Source: Bacilli bacterium
GTDB taxonomy: Bacteria > Bacillota_I > Bacilli_A > ML615J-28 > CAG-313
DNA: 64,000 nucleotides
Direction of reading: 5' to 3'
NCBI GenBank assembly: GCA_017398545.1
Contig: JAFQFT010000021.1
Coordinates: 95,261 to 159,260, forward strand
Below are positions 32,628 to 42,279 of the stretch, in pieces. Both the position numbers and the translations under genes were made by a program. Positions within the stretch are counted from its first letter, which is position 1. Each line of letters opens with the position of its first letter. The notes beneath the pieces were generated by a model, which was not told the DNA's origin, ran no database searches, and was given only the letters and a program-made list of their open reading frames with translations.

Positions 32628-35200
32628 GAAAAATTTTATTTTTAATTTTATTATTAGGACTACTATTTATTACTAGCTGTGATACTACACCTACTGAATC
32701 ATATATTACAAATATTGAAGAAAATAATTACATTGTAACTTGGGATAAAGATGAAGATGCAACACTTTATTACATTCAAATTACACATTCATTTACAACA
32801 TCTGCAATAACATTTACAACAGAAGATAATTCATATGATTTAAATGTATATATAAATGACTTAACTAAAAAATATAATGGTTTCACTCTAACTATTCAAG
32901 TAAAATCAAATAGTATTAATTCAATTTATAAAAATTCATGTATAATTGAAGTAGAAGAAACAATAGTTGAATTATATCCTGCGCCTATTCCTACTAACCT
33001 ATTAATAGAAGGAACTATTCTATCTTGGGATTTAGTCGACAATATTAGTAATTATCAAATTGAATTAACTTTTAATAACTTTACAGAAACTATATATTCA
33101 AAAACTAATAATTTTGATTTTAGTGAATATTTAATAGACAGTGGTGTTTATTCATTTAAGGTTAAAGCGATTAAATCAGATAGTTACAGCAGTGATTCAG
33201 ACTATTCAGAAAGTATTGAATATATTTATGAAAATATTCAAATTGAAAAAGAAATATTTAATTATGATTTCACTAAAATGGATAATTTAGTATCAGGTGG
33301 AAGTATTACTAAATTTGAAAAATACGCTGATAAATCACTAAAATTATCATCAAGTGGTTTCTATTTTACCACACCTACTTTTACTGCATATAAAAGTTTT
33401 TCTGTAACTGCAACAATTAAAGGTAATAACTGTTCAGGAACTGGATTAATTACAATCTATGGATTAGATAGTTCAAATAATATTGTTGAAAAACAAGAAT
33501 ATAAATATACAATTGAAAATACAAAACATGAATTAAAAGCAGAATTTTCAAATACAAATATTGTAAAAATTAAATTTGAATACACAACTAAAGATAAAGG
33601 AAATGTTGGACTATATTCTCTTGTATGTAATCATGATGAAGAAAGTGATAAAGTAACACAAATTGAATTAATTAATTATCAAGATACATATGTAATAGGT
33701 AGTGATTTTGATTATAACGGTAATCTACTTCTTACATATAAATCAGGTAAAAAAGAAGAGATTTCAATAAACAAAGATTTAGTGACACTTTCTAATTTTA
33801 CGACTACTACAAAAGGAACATATATAGGAACAATTAAATATCAAAACGTTACTGGCACTTTTACTTATAATGTTATTTATGATTATGATGCAATCTATGA
33901 GTATGCAGAAAGTATCAATATTTATACAATTGATTTAAGCGATGAATTAAACAACTTATTTACTATTTTAAATATAAAAGATAATGATAAAGAAATTAAT
34001 ATTTTATTTGATTATAATAAATCAATTACATTAGATACATATAACTTGCTAAAAAATGAATTATCAAAATACATAGATTCAGAACTTACTTATTATTATT
34101 CAGTTAATAATCAAAATATCTTTAATCAAAATAAACTTACTTACTTAGATAAAAACGAATACAACTTTGCAGCTGATTTAGATTTATTCATTAATCCAGA
34201 ATATTATGAAATTAACATATATGGATACAGTTATTACTTTGCTGCAAATAATCTATCTACAGATCATAAAATAGATATTTTACAATTAAATGGTGATATC
34301 ACACAAGATGAAATTACCAGTTTAGACCCGGAACAAATCATTTTACAAGAAGGTTTAATCAATAACTTCATCAATAATGGTATCTTAATATATCAAACTG
34401 ATGATGAAATTTATCAATATTCTCCAACACTAAATGAATCATTCTATTACACATTTGATTTATATGGTTATAATATTGAAGGTAATACAACTGAACTTAG
34501 TAGTACAACTATTTGGAGTGATTCTGAAACTCTAGGCCTTCATCATAATACACAAGATAATTATTTATATAGAAAAAGTTACTATGGTAATATCAAAGAC
34601 TTATATGGTCAAGATTTAGTAAGTGCACTAAGAAAAGTAATTACAGAAACTCATACATATTCTCCTAGTTATGGTGATGCTAAAACAATGCTTGCAATTA
34701 CCGATAAAGATCCATTAAAACCAGGTTTTATTATTATGACATATACTGGTGATTCAATTAAATCAGCATGGGATCAAGGAATTACATGGAATAGAGAGCA
34801 TATATGGCCTAAATCACTATCTGGCGGATTATATACAACAGTGAGCGATTCAACAAGAAACGCTGGAAGTGACTTACATCACATAAGACCAGCTCTTACC
34901 GCAATTAACTCTTCTCGTGGAAATAAAATGTACGGTAGCACAACTAACGAACTAACATACTACCCAGGAGATGAATTCGCAGGTGATACCGCAAGAATCC
35001 TATTCTATCTATCAATTAGATATGATATGAGTATTACAGGACTTAAAGTTTGTGAAGATATAAACCTTCTTCTTTCTTGGAATAATAATGATAAAGTAGA
35101 TAACTTAGAAAGAAATAGAAATAATGCTGTTCAGTCAATTCAAGGTAACTATAATCCATTTATTGATAATCCTTGGCTTGCAGATCGCATATGGAAATAA
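32624..35200 (+). CDS. Large surface lipoprotein with C-terminal endonuclease I (EndA/NucM/Vvn-type) non-specific nuclease domain
   Basis: Lipobox LFITSC; C-terminal motifs WNREHIWPKS, SDLHHIRP, SSRGNK, QGNYNPFIDNPW. Confidence 0.7.
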   Translation: MRKILFLILLLGLLFITSCDTTPTESYITNIEENNYIVTWDKDEDATLYYIQITHSFTTSAITFTTEDNSYDLNVYINDLTKKYNGFTLTIQVKSNSINSIYKNSCIIEVEETIVELYPAPIPTNLLIEGTILSWDLVDNISNYQIELTFNNFTETIYSKTNNFDFSEYLIDSGVYSFKVKAIKSDSYSSDSDYSESIEYIYENIQIEKEIFNYDFTKMDNLVSGGSITKFEKYADKSLKLSSSGFYFTTPTFTAYKSFSVTATIKGNNCSGTGLITIYGLDSSNNIVEKQEYKYTIENTKHELKAEFSNTNIVKIKFEYTTKDKGNVGLYSLVCNHDEESDKVTQIELINYQDTYVIGSDFDYNGNLLLTYKSGKKEEISINKDLVTLSNFTTTTKGTYIGTIKYQNVTGTFTYNVIYDYDAIYEYAESINIYTIDLSDELNNLFTILNIKDNDKEINILFDYNKSITLDTYNLLKNELSKYIDSELTYYYSVNNQNIFNQNKLTYLDKNEYNFAADLDLFINPEYYEINIYGYSYYFAANNLSTDHKIDILQLNGDITQDEITSLDPEQIILQEGLINNFINNGILIYQTDDEIYQYSPTLNESFYYTFDLYGYNIEGNTTELSSTTIWSDSETLGLHHNTQDNYLYRKSYYGNIKDLYGQDLVSALRKVITETHTYSPSYGDAKTMLAITDKDPLKPGFIIMTYTGDSIKSAWDQGITWNREHIWPKSLSGGLYTTVSDSTRNAGSDLHHIRPALTAINSSRGNKMYGSTTNELTYYPGDEFAGDTARILFYLSIRYDMSITGLKVCEDINLLLSWNNNDKVDNLERNRNNAVQSIQGNYNPFIDNPWLADRIWK

Positions 35201-35204
35201 CAAA

Positions 35205-35237
35205 AGATTAGGAGTAATTCCTAATCTTTTATTTTTA
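35205..35237 (+). terminator. Rho-independent terminator after the nuclease gene (may serve both strands)
   Basis: AGATTAGG-N8-CCTAATCT + TTTATTTTT. Confidence 0.6.
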
Positions 35238-35272
35238 AGTATAGAGTAACATATGACTTATTTATAATAATT

Positions 35273-36187
35273 TTATATCAAAAACTCATCACATATTTTA
35301 TTTAAAACTTCTATTGCAGCAATATAACTAATTTTATCATATATTATTTCACTAGTTACTTCTTCATAATCCTTTTTATATATATTTAGCTTAATGATTT
35401 CATTTAATCTATTTTTAATATCAAAACCATCTTGAGCACTAATACACCTTTTATTTAACTTTCTTTCTTCTCTTACTTCATCAAATAATTTTCTTAAACT
35501 ATCATCTATTGTAATTAATGGATATATTTTATATAAATCATAAATATGTCTAGAACATCTATAAAGGTTGCTTTTTAAAGAACTGTCGCATACTGCAAAT
35601 ATTTTATCAATAAACGTTCTTTCTAAAGATTGAACTTTAATTTTAAAAGGTTCTAATTCAAATTTTTGAATAATATCTTTTTGATTATTATCATTTAAAT
35701 AATTAAATATAAAACATTTCGTATCTTTTTCAAGAATAGGATATGACTTAGATATATATGTTGTTTCAACCAATAATTTTTGTAGAATGACTTTACTAAT
35801 GTATTTAGGATTGTAAGAAATTTCATACCTATTAAAATCTCTTCTACTACGAATTGTATCTAAATTTAAAATATTTAGATTTAATTTTTCACAAGAACTT
35901 ACGATTGCTTTTTTTAAATCTCTTTTATACTTCGGAGTTAAATAATTTACTTCTATCGATAAATCAATATCTTCAGAAAATCTATTAATTATTTCAAAAC
36001 ACTTAGATAATGATGTACCTCCCTTAAACACAACATATGGAAAATTTAGATTAATTTCTTTTAAAAGAAGAAATACATAATAATCCTTCTCAACATATAT
36101 CTGATTAATTTGATAATATTCACTTGTAGCTTTTACTAAGTCATAAAATTCTTCTTTAAAATTATGTAAATTCATAAAATACCTCAC
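35273..36187 (-). CDS. AbiEii/AbiGii-family nucleotidyltransferase toxin (type IV TA / abortive infection)
   Basis: Motif FKGGTSLSKCFEIINRFSEDIDLS (GGTxLxK...RxSEDID). Confidence 0.7.
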   Translation of the reverse strand: MRYFMNLHNFKEEFYDLVKATSEYYQINQIYVEKDYYVFLLLKEINLNFPYVVFKGGTSLSKCFEIINRFSEDIDLSIEVNYLTPKYKRDLKKAIVSSCEKLNLNILNLDTIRSRRDFNRYEISYNPKYISKVILQKLLVETTYISKSYPILEKDTKCFIFNYLNDNNQKDIIQKFELEPFKIKVQSLERTFIDKIFAVCDSSLKSNLYRCSRHIYDLYKIYPLITIDDSLRKLFDEVREERKLNKRCISAQDGFDIKNRLNEIIKLNIYKKDYEEVTSEIIYDKISYIAAIEVLNKICDEFLI

Positions 36188-36788
36188 TTACTATTAAATT
36201 TTTTGTTGTCTTAGCGGGAAAAGAATTTAATAGTTCAGTGATTTGTATTTTACTGATTTTATTTTCTGATATATATTTCTTAATTTCTTTTTGGCATCTA
36301 GTATTACTTAAATAATCATTTATATTTATTCTTGTAAAAAATTCTAAAATTGTATATGCATAATAATTTTCATTAGTAATATTTATTCTAGATTTTTTTA
36401 ATAGAATATCTCTACCTCTAATACTTACCAAACGGGATTTTCTTGATTCATTGTTTGTTATTACTTCAATTAGTGCGGGAATTTGCGTACTTAAAGAAAA
36501 ATTTACTTCCATAACTTTTAATCCAAAAATTCCAAATCTTTCATTGTTATTACAAATATATTTTTTTTCGATTACATCATCCAACGAAAGAGTTGAATCC
36601 CCAATTATGGTTTTTCTAGGTAAATAATAAATTCCATGATCATATCTTTTTAAAGTATTATTACCAATAGCTTTTTTTATTAATTCAAAAACCTTAGATC
36701 TCGAATAATCATTCATTAAACTATAAATCTCACTGATAAAAATCGGTTCATCGCAATTAAATTTTTCTTTTAAGCGTTCTATTAACAT
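36162..36788 (-). CDS. AbiEi-family antitoxin/transcriptional regulator
   Basis: Overlaps the toxin gene by 26 nt; ~200-aa wHTH-type partner. Own promoter TTGACA-17-TATAAT at 36845..36873 plus GGAGGTG RBS. Confidence 0.55.
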   Translation of the reverse strand: MLIERLKEKFNCDEPIFISEIYSLMNDYSRSKVFELIKKAIGNNTLKRYDHGIYYLPRKTIIGDSTLSLDDVIEKKYICNNNERFGIFGLKVMEVNFSLSTQIPALIEVITNNESRKSRLVSIRGRDILLKKSRINITNENYYAYTILEFFTRININDYLSNTRCQKEIKKYISENKISKIQITELLNSFPAKTTKNLIVSEVFYEFT

Positions 36789-36844
36789 TCTCTCACCTCC
36801 TTTTGGACTAATTTGAACTTTTTTAGTTACTTATATTATATACT

Positions 36845-36873
36845 ATTTTAACAAATTTGTCAACACAAATTTC
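36845..36873 (-). promoter_or_regulatory. Consensus sigma-A promoter of the abiEi-abiEii operon
   Basis: Minus-strand reading TTGACAaatttgttaaaatagtaTATAAT. Confidence 0.6.
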
Positions 36874-37188
36874 ATATTAAGTTATTTTTTACCTTAACCA
36901 TTATATCACCACCTTTTTAAAACAAAAAGGGGTATCAACAATATAAAAGATTCTACTTCTAATTTTAGAAATAGATAAGTCTTTTATAATGTCAATACCC
37001 GCGTAACCTCTAAAGCGCAATTCTCAAGTTACCTAAATACCTAGGAGTAGCAAGAATTTCAATATGATTATTACTCCTTTAGAGTAAATAATAACCTTTA
37101 AAACTTAAAATCCTTACAGTTAAATTATACCATTTTATTTTATAAAAATCAATAATTTTTATAAACAAATAACCTACATCACTGTAGG

Positions 37189-37902
37189 TTATCTTTTTAT
37201 TTTTATTTCTCCACTATTAATATATAAGATTTGATCACTTTCTTTAACTATTAATCTACCATCAGTATGGATATCTAATATGGTACCTTCACATAAAACA
37301 TTATTTCTTGTATATTCTATTTGTTTATTTATACCATAAAGTTTAGATTTAATATAATCTAAAAATATATTACTTCCATTTAAGAATTCTTCAATATCAT
37401 TTACTAATATTTCAGATAATTCAAGAGTTAATAAATTTATATCAAAATCTTTATTTAATTCTTTTTTTAGTGATGTGGTTAAATGATTAATATCTTCATT
37501 AAAAGTTGTTTGATTAATATTAATTCCTATTCCAATAACTATCATTTTAGAATTATTATTCATTTTACCTTCAAGTAATATTCCACATATTTTCTTATTA
37601 TCAACTAGGATATCATTAGGCCATTTTATATATAAGTTATTAATATATTTACTTAAGAATTTATGAACTGACATACTCGCAACAAGTGATAGTAAATTTA
37701 AGTCTGTTCTTTCTTTAAATTCTTTTATAAGAAGTGACATTAATATATTATCTGAATCATTAGATTCCCAAATTCTTGTCGTTCTACCTCTGCCACTAGT
37801 TTGATATTTAGCAGTTACAACAGTGTAATTATCTAAGGATTCATATTGTTCTTTAATAAATTCATTTGTTGATGGTATTACATCTTTTTTTATTATTTTC
37901 AT
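37189..37902 (-). CDS. birA: Biotin--[acetyl-CoA-carboxylase] ligase (group I, no N-terminal HTH)
   Basis: KWPNDILVDNKKICGILLEG biotin-ligase core. Confidence 0.8.
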   Translation of the reverse strand: MKIIKKDVIPSTNEFIKEQYESLDNYTVVTAKYQTSGRGRTTRIWESNDSDNILMSLLIKEFKERTDLNLLSLVASMSVHKFLSKYINNLYIKWPNDILVDNKKICGILLEGKMNNNSKMIVIGIGININQTTFNEDINHLTTSLKKELNKDFDINLLTLELSEILVNDIEEFLNGSNIFLDYIKSKLYGINKQIEYTRNNVLCEGTILDIHTDGRLIVKESDQILYINSGEIKIKR

Positions 37903-37903
37903 A

Positions 37904-38440
37904 TTATGAAATCCTTTCTAAAATAGGTTTTAATTTTCTTGTTATAAAGCATGCTATGACTACTTTTATTATATCAAATGGTAAAAGAGGTAAGATTGAT
38001 ACGATAATAAAACTCATAATATTTACTTCATATACACTTCTAATTACAAATAAATAAAGTATCCCAATAATATATATAAATATAAGTGTTATTAAACTTA
38101 TTATAAATGTTTTGAGTGATTCTTTTTTTATCTTAATTAATGATAATAATTTAATAATAATTGGTACAAAAATAAAACTTATAATAAATCCAAATGATGG
38201 TGTAAATATTTTAGATATACCACCTGAAAAGTTTGAGAATACTGGTATACCAAAAAGTCCCATTAATATATATATTATAATTATTATTTCTGCATCTATA
38301 AAAGGTAAAATAAGTGCTAGTAGTAAAACCACTAGCACTTGTAATGTCAATGATATATCGGATAAAGGAATTGATATATATGTACTAACGATTAATAGTG
38401 CTAGGAATATACTATCAATTGCTATCCGTTTAATCGTCAT
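37904..38440 (-). CDS. bioY: Biotin transporter BioY (ECF S component)
   Basis: LMGLFGIPVFSNFSGGISKIFTPSFGFII matches the BioY GxPVF...GPTGG-like core. Confidence 0.75.
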   Translation of the reverse strand: MTIKRIAIDSIFLALLIVSTYISIPLSDISLTLQVLVVLLLALILPFIDAEIIIIIYILMGLFGIPVFSNFSGGISKIFTPSFGFIISFIFVPIIIKLLSLIKIKKESLKTFIISLITLIFIYIIGILYLFVIRSVYEVNIMSFIIVSILPLLPFDIIKVVIACFITRKLKPILERIS

Positions 38441-38443
38441 ATC

Positions 38444-39607
38444 TTATCCAAAAATACTAAGAAGTAAACCAGCAGCAACAGCTGAACCAATAACACCAGC
38501 AACGTTTGGTCCCATTGCATGCATTAAAAGGTAATTTGATTTGTCTTCTTCCATACCAATTTTATGTACTACACGTGCAGCCATTGGAACAGCAGAAACA
38601 CCAGCAGCACCAATCATTGGGTTAACTTTACCTTTTGTAAGTTTGCACATAAGTTTACCAACAAGAACACCGCCAGCAGTAGCAGCACTAAATGCAACCA
38701 TACCTAAGATTAAGATATAAACAAAGTTAAGAGCTTGACTAACATCAGTTAAAATTGCTGTTGCACCTACAGATAAACCAAGTAGGATAGTTACTGCATA
38801 CATAATAGTTTTTGCAGCAGCATCAACAAGGTTTGGAACTACACCAGATTCTTTAATTAAGTTTCCAAGCATTAACATACCAATTAAAGCAGCGCAAGAA
38901 GGAATAACCATAATTACTACAATCATAACTACGATTGGGAATAAAATCTTTTCACGTTTAGATACTTCTCTTGCTTGAACCATCTTAATTTGTCTTTCTT
39001 CTTTTGTAGTTAAGCCTTTTATGATTGGAGGTTGAATAACAGGAACAAGTGCCATATACGAATATGCAACAACTGCAATTGATGCACAAAGCATTTGTCC
39101 ACCATCGGCACCAGCTAACATCTTGTTAGATAAGAAGATAGCTGTAGGACCATCAGCACCACCAATAATACCAATAGCAGCAGCTTCTAATGCGTTAAAT
39201 CCTAAGAAGAATGCACCAAAGAATGTTAAGAAAATACCAATTTGAGCAGCAGCACCAAGAAGTAGACTTGAAGGTCTAGATAGAAGTGGACCAAAGTCTG
39301 TAGTAGCACCAATTCCAAGGAAGATTAGTGGAGGGAATATCTCTAAACTAATACCTTGATGGAATTGATAGAATAAACCTTCTGCATGTTCTACATTATA
39401 AAGTGCAGGAGCCAAGTTAACAAGTAACATACCGATTCCAATTGGAATTAATAGATATGGTTCAAATCCTTTTGCAATAGCTAAATAAATTAATACACAA
39501 GCTACTAGGATCATGATTAGTCTTAATAAGAAGGCTGGACCATCAAATGAACCATCAGTGAAAAATCCCATTTGGTTAATGAAATTTTTTATTAAATCTT
39601 GTAACAT
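38444..39607 (-). CDS. oadB: Na+-transporting decarboxylase beta subunit (OadB/MmdB/GcdB family)
   Basis: Polytopic membrane protein with conserved beta-subunit blocks. Confidence 0.85.
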   Translation of the reverse strand: MLQDLIKNFINQMGFFTDGSFDGPAFLLRLIMILVACVLIYLAIAKGFEPYLLIPIGIGMLLVNLAPALYNVEHAEGLFYQFHQGISLEIFPPLIFLGIGATTDFGPLLSRPSSLLLGAAAQIGIFLTFFGAFFLGFNALEAAAIGIIGGADGPTAIFLSNKMLAGADGGQMLCASIAVVAYSYMALVPVIQPPIIKGLTTKEERQIKMVQAREVSKREKILFPIVVMIVVIMVIPSCAALIGMLMLGNLIKESGVVPNLVDAAAKTIMYAVTILLGLSVGATAILTDVSQALNFVYILILGMVAFSAATAGGVLVGKLMCKLTKGKVNPMIGAAGVSAVPMAARVVHKIGMEEDKSNYLLMHAMGPNVAGVIGSAVAAGLLLSIFG

Positions 39608-39613
39608 AATTTA

Positions 39614-39958
39614 TTACCCGATTACTACTAATACTTGACCGTTTTGTACAGCAGCACCTTTTTGAACAGCGATTGATTTAACAACACCAGATACTTCAGC
39701 AACTACTTCATTTTCAAGTTTCATTGCTTCTAAGATAAATAATACATCACCTGCATTTACTTGTTGACCTACACTAACTTTAACATCTAAGATAGTACCA
39801 GCCATAGGTGCTTTTTGTTCTTTACCTTCACCACTTGCAACAGGTGCAGCTTGTGGAGCAGCCTGAACAGGTGCTTCAATATTACCAGCTTTTTCGCTTA
39901 CGCTTTCTAATTCAACTTCGTAAACCTTACCATTTACTTTAACTTTATAAACTTTCAT
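39614..39958 (-). CDS. Biotin carboxyl carrier (biotinyl-lipoyl domain) subunit
   Basis: Pro/Ala linker + EAMKLENEV biotinyl-lysine motif. Confidence 0.8.
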   Translation of the reverse strand: MKVYKVKVNGKVYEVELESVSEKAGNIEAPVQAAPQAAPVASGEGKEQKAPMAGTILDVKVSVGQQVNAGDVLFILEAMKLENEVVAEVSGVVKSIAVQKGAAVQNGQVLVVIG

Positions 39959-39970
39959 AATTTTATTCTC

Positions 39971-40663
39971 CTATCCAATTTGTTTTACTGAAACTACTCT
40001 AACGTCTTCGTTAGTTTCGTTATGATAATCGATTGTAGCAACAAGTGCAGCTACCATCATATCTTCATCTTTAATGTCATCCATTGTGAATGCTTTTTGA
40101 GGCGCCTTAACTACAGGTGCAGTAGGAACTTCTTTTTTAACTTGTTCTTTCTTCTTAGGAAGATATTTAAATGCTGATACAATAAAGCATAATAACAATA
40201 ACATTAAGAATACAATTGCAATACAGATTACAGCAATTAAACCAGCATCTGCTAAAGTGATATATTTAGCACAAACAATTTTATCTTCATCTACAGTTGA
40301 AAGAGTTGTGACTCTTTGACCATTAGCAAATTCAGCTGTTTTATACCATCCAGCAAAGTAGTAACCATCTCTTTGATGCCCATGAGCTGGAAGTGAATAA
40401 TCACCAGTAGTATTATCTACATAAACAGGTTCATATTTACCAGCAGGAATGTCTGCTCCTACTAAATATAATGTACCAGTTTTAGTAGCTTCATCAAATG
40501 AATAATAACCAACAAATGTTTTACCTTCAACTGGTCTATCAACAACTTTTACTGCTGCATCAACAAGTTCTGCATCAGCAAATGATCCTTTTTTACAACT
40601 AGTTAAGCTAAACACAAATAGACATGTAATAACTAAAATAAATAATTTAAATAACTTTTTCAT
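39971..40663 (-). CDS. OadG-like gamma subunit candidate with extra N-terminal lipoprotein ectodomain
   Basis: Likely start MKKLFKLFILVITCLFVFSLTSC (lipobox); TM LIAVICIAIVFLMLLLLCFIV and Pro/Ala-rich tail as in OadG. The track ORF (to 40723) would overlap oadA. Confidence 0.4.
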   Translation of the reverse strand: MKKLFKLFILVITCLFVFSLTSCKKGSFADAELVDAAVKVVDRPVEGKTFVGYYSFDEATKTGTLYLVGADIPAGKYEPVYVDNTTGDYSLPAHGHQRDGYYFAGWYKTAEFANGQRVTTLSTVDEDKIVCAKYITLADAGLIAVICIAIVFLMLLLLCFIVSAFKYLPKKKEQVKKEVPTAPVVKAPQKAFTMDDIKDEDMMVAALVATIDYHNETNEDVRVVSVKQIG

Positions 40664-40670
40664 ATTACAC

Positions 40671-42065
40671 CTACCCAATAACAACGTTGAATTCAACAAC
40701 TTCATCTTTTTCTTTTGGAGCATATTTAGCTTCTAAGAATTTAACTGCAACGTTTTCGAATAATGCACAAGATAATACATCTTCATCACATTTACAGATA
40801 TCACCATATTTTTCCTTCATTGCCTCAAATTCTGGAGCAATCTTATCTGCAGGACGATATGTAATAACTTCAGCATCACCAATAATCTTTTTACGAACAT
40901 CTTCGTTAACAGGAGCAGGTGCTTGTCCGTAGTTACCTTTTAAGTATTCAATAATTTCTTTTGGACATGATTTATATCTTTCACCAAATAATACATTCAT
41001 AACTGCTTGTGTACCAACCATTTGTGAAAGTGGTGTTACTAGTGGTGGATAACCTAAATCTTTTCTTACACGAGGAATTTCACGTAATACTTCTTCATAT
41101 TTATCCATAGCACCTTGGCCTTGTAATTGGCTCATAAGGTTAGATAGCATTCCACCTGGAACTTGGTATTTCAAGATATTTGGATTAACTGTTAATGCTT
41201 TAGGATTTAATTTTCCTTCTTTTAAGAATGCATCTTTAACAACAGTTAATTTTTCACAAGCTTTCTTTAAGTAATCAAGATTTAAACCTGGATCATACTC
41301 AGTACCTTGAAGACCATATTGTAGACTTTCTGTACAAGGTTGAGAAGTACCACCAGATAGTGGTGAAAGCGCAGTATCAACAATATCACAACCAGCTTCA
41401 ATAGCTTTCATAACTGTCATTTCTGCAATACCACCAGTACAGTGAGTATGAAGTTCTAAAGGAAGTTTTACACTTTGTTTTAAACGAGAGAATAATTCAT
41501 ATGCATCAGTTGGTAAAAGTACACCAGCCATATCTTTGATACAGATAGAATCAGCACCCATTTTTTCTACTTCTTTTGCAAGTTCAACATAATAATCAAT
41601 TGTATGTACAGGACTAGTTGTATATGATAAAGCAATTTGACAATGTCCATCATACTCAGCTTTGTATTTGTTTGTAGCGTCAACAGCACTCTTTAAGTTT
41701 CTTAAATCGTTTAAAGCATCAAAAATACGAATAATATTAATACCATGCTCTAATGATTTTTGAACAAACTTTTCTACAACTTCATCCGAATAGTGACGAT
41801 AACCTAAAATGTTTTGTCCTCTAAATAACATTTGTAATTTAGTGTTTGGGCAAGCCTTACGAATAGCATCAAGTCTTTCCCATGGATCTTCATTTAAGAA
41901 ACGAAGGCAAGCATCAAATGTAGCACCACCCCATACTTCAAGCGCATGATACCCAGCTTTATCTAAAAGTTCAGCTACAGGTAAAATGTCTTTAGTAGAA
42001 AGACGTGTTGCGATTAAAGATTGATGACCATCTCTTAAACAAGTATCAACAATTTTTACACCCAT
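40671..42065 (-). CDS. oadA: Oxaloacetate decarboxylase alpha-type carboxyltransferase subunit (no fused biotinyl domain)
   Basis: MGVKIVDTCLRDGHQSL... TIM-barrel carboxyltransferase. Confidence 0.85.
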   Translation of the reverse strand: MGVKIVDTCLRDGHQSLIATRLSTKDILPVAELLDKAGYHALEVWGGATFDACLRFLNEDPWERLDAIRKACPNTKLQMLFRGQNILGYRHYSDEVVEKFVQKSLEHGINIIRIFDALNDLRNLKSAVDATNKYKAEYDGHCQIALSYTTSPVHTIDYYVELAKEVEKMGADSICIKDMAGVLLPTDAYELFSRLKQSVKLPLELHTHCTGGIAEMTVMKAIEAGCDIVDTALSPLSGGTSQPCTESLQYGLQGTEYDPGLNLDYLKKACEKLTVVKDAFLKEGKLNPKALTVNPNILKYQVPGGMLSNLMSQLQGQGAMDKYEEVLREIPRVRKDLGYPPLVTPLSQMVGTQAVMNVLFGERYKSCPKEIIEYLKGNYGQAPAPVNEDVRKKIIGDAEVITYRPADKIAPEFEAMKEKYGDICKCDEDVLSCALFENVAVKFLEAKYAPKEKDEVVEFNVVIG

Positions 42066-42279
42066 CTTATTGTTCTCCTTTTATAAAAATATATTTGCTA
42101 GGAAGTGATTTCAAAAAAACCATATTCTTCATATCTATTTTACCATAATTAGAAATTTTTATCAACCTTAATGATAAAAGTTGAAAACCTTAGAAAATTT
42201 ATTAAAAAATAGTTTTTCTATATTTTCCTATAATAAAAGAGTAAGCATTTAACCTTACTCCTTTTTAATTATGCATTTT

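Noticed and set aside
36990-37070. GC-rich intergenic patch (CCCGCGTAACCTCTAAAGCGC...) between abiEi and birA as a small RNA or tRNA fragment
   Set aside because: No cloverleaf, no convincing stable hairpin or terminator, no T-loop motif. Most simply explained as an insertion-junction remnant; insufficient evidence for an RNA gene.
38112-38534. Plus-strand ORFs antisense to annotated genes (this one and 4934..5182, 5179..5430, 6889..7131, 10034..10321, 10638..10868, 15816..16070, 17473..17763, 23062..23298, 27346..27543, 27696..27932, 37866..38057, 40687..40932, 43204..43413, 43773..43964, 49130..49339, 49689..49871, 52186..52377, 54762..54947, 59485..59682, 59762..59947, 60448..60744, 61882..62067, 63732..63920)
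   Set aside because: All are short, overlap well-supported genes on the opposite strand, lack Shine-Dalgarno sequences and have homopolymeric/low-complexity composition typical of antisense frames in AT-rich DNA.
39971-40723. Track ORF start at 40723 for the gamma-like protein (overlapping oadA by 53 nt)
   Set aside because: An internal Met 20 codons downstream gives a canonical lipoprotein signal peptide and removes the overlap, so the shorter 39971..40663 model is preferred.
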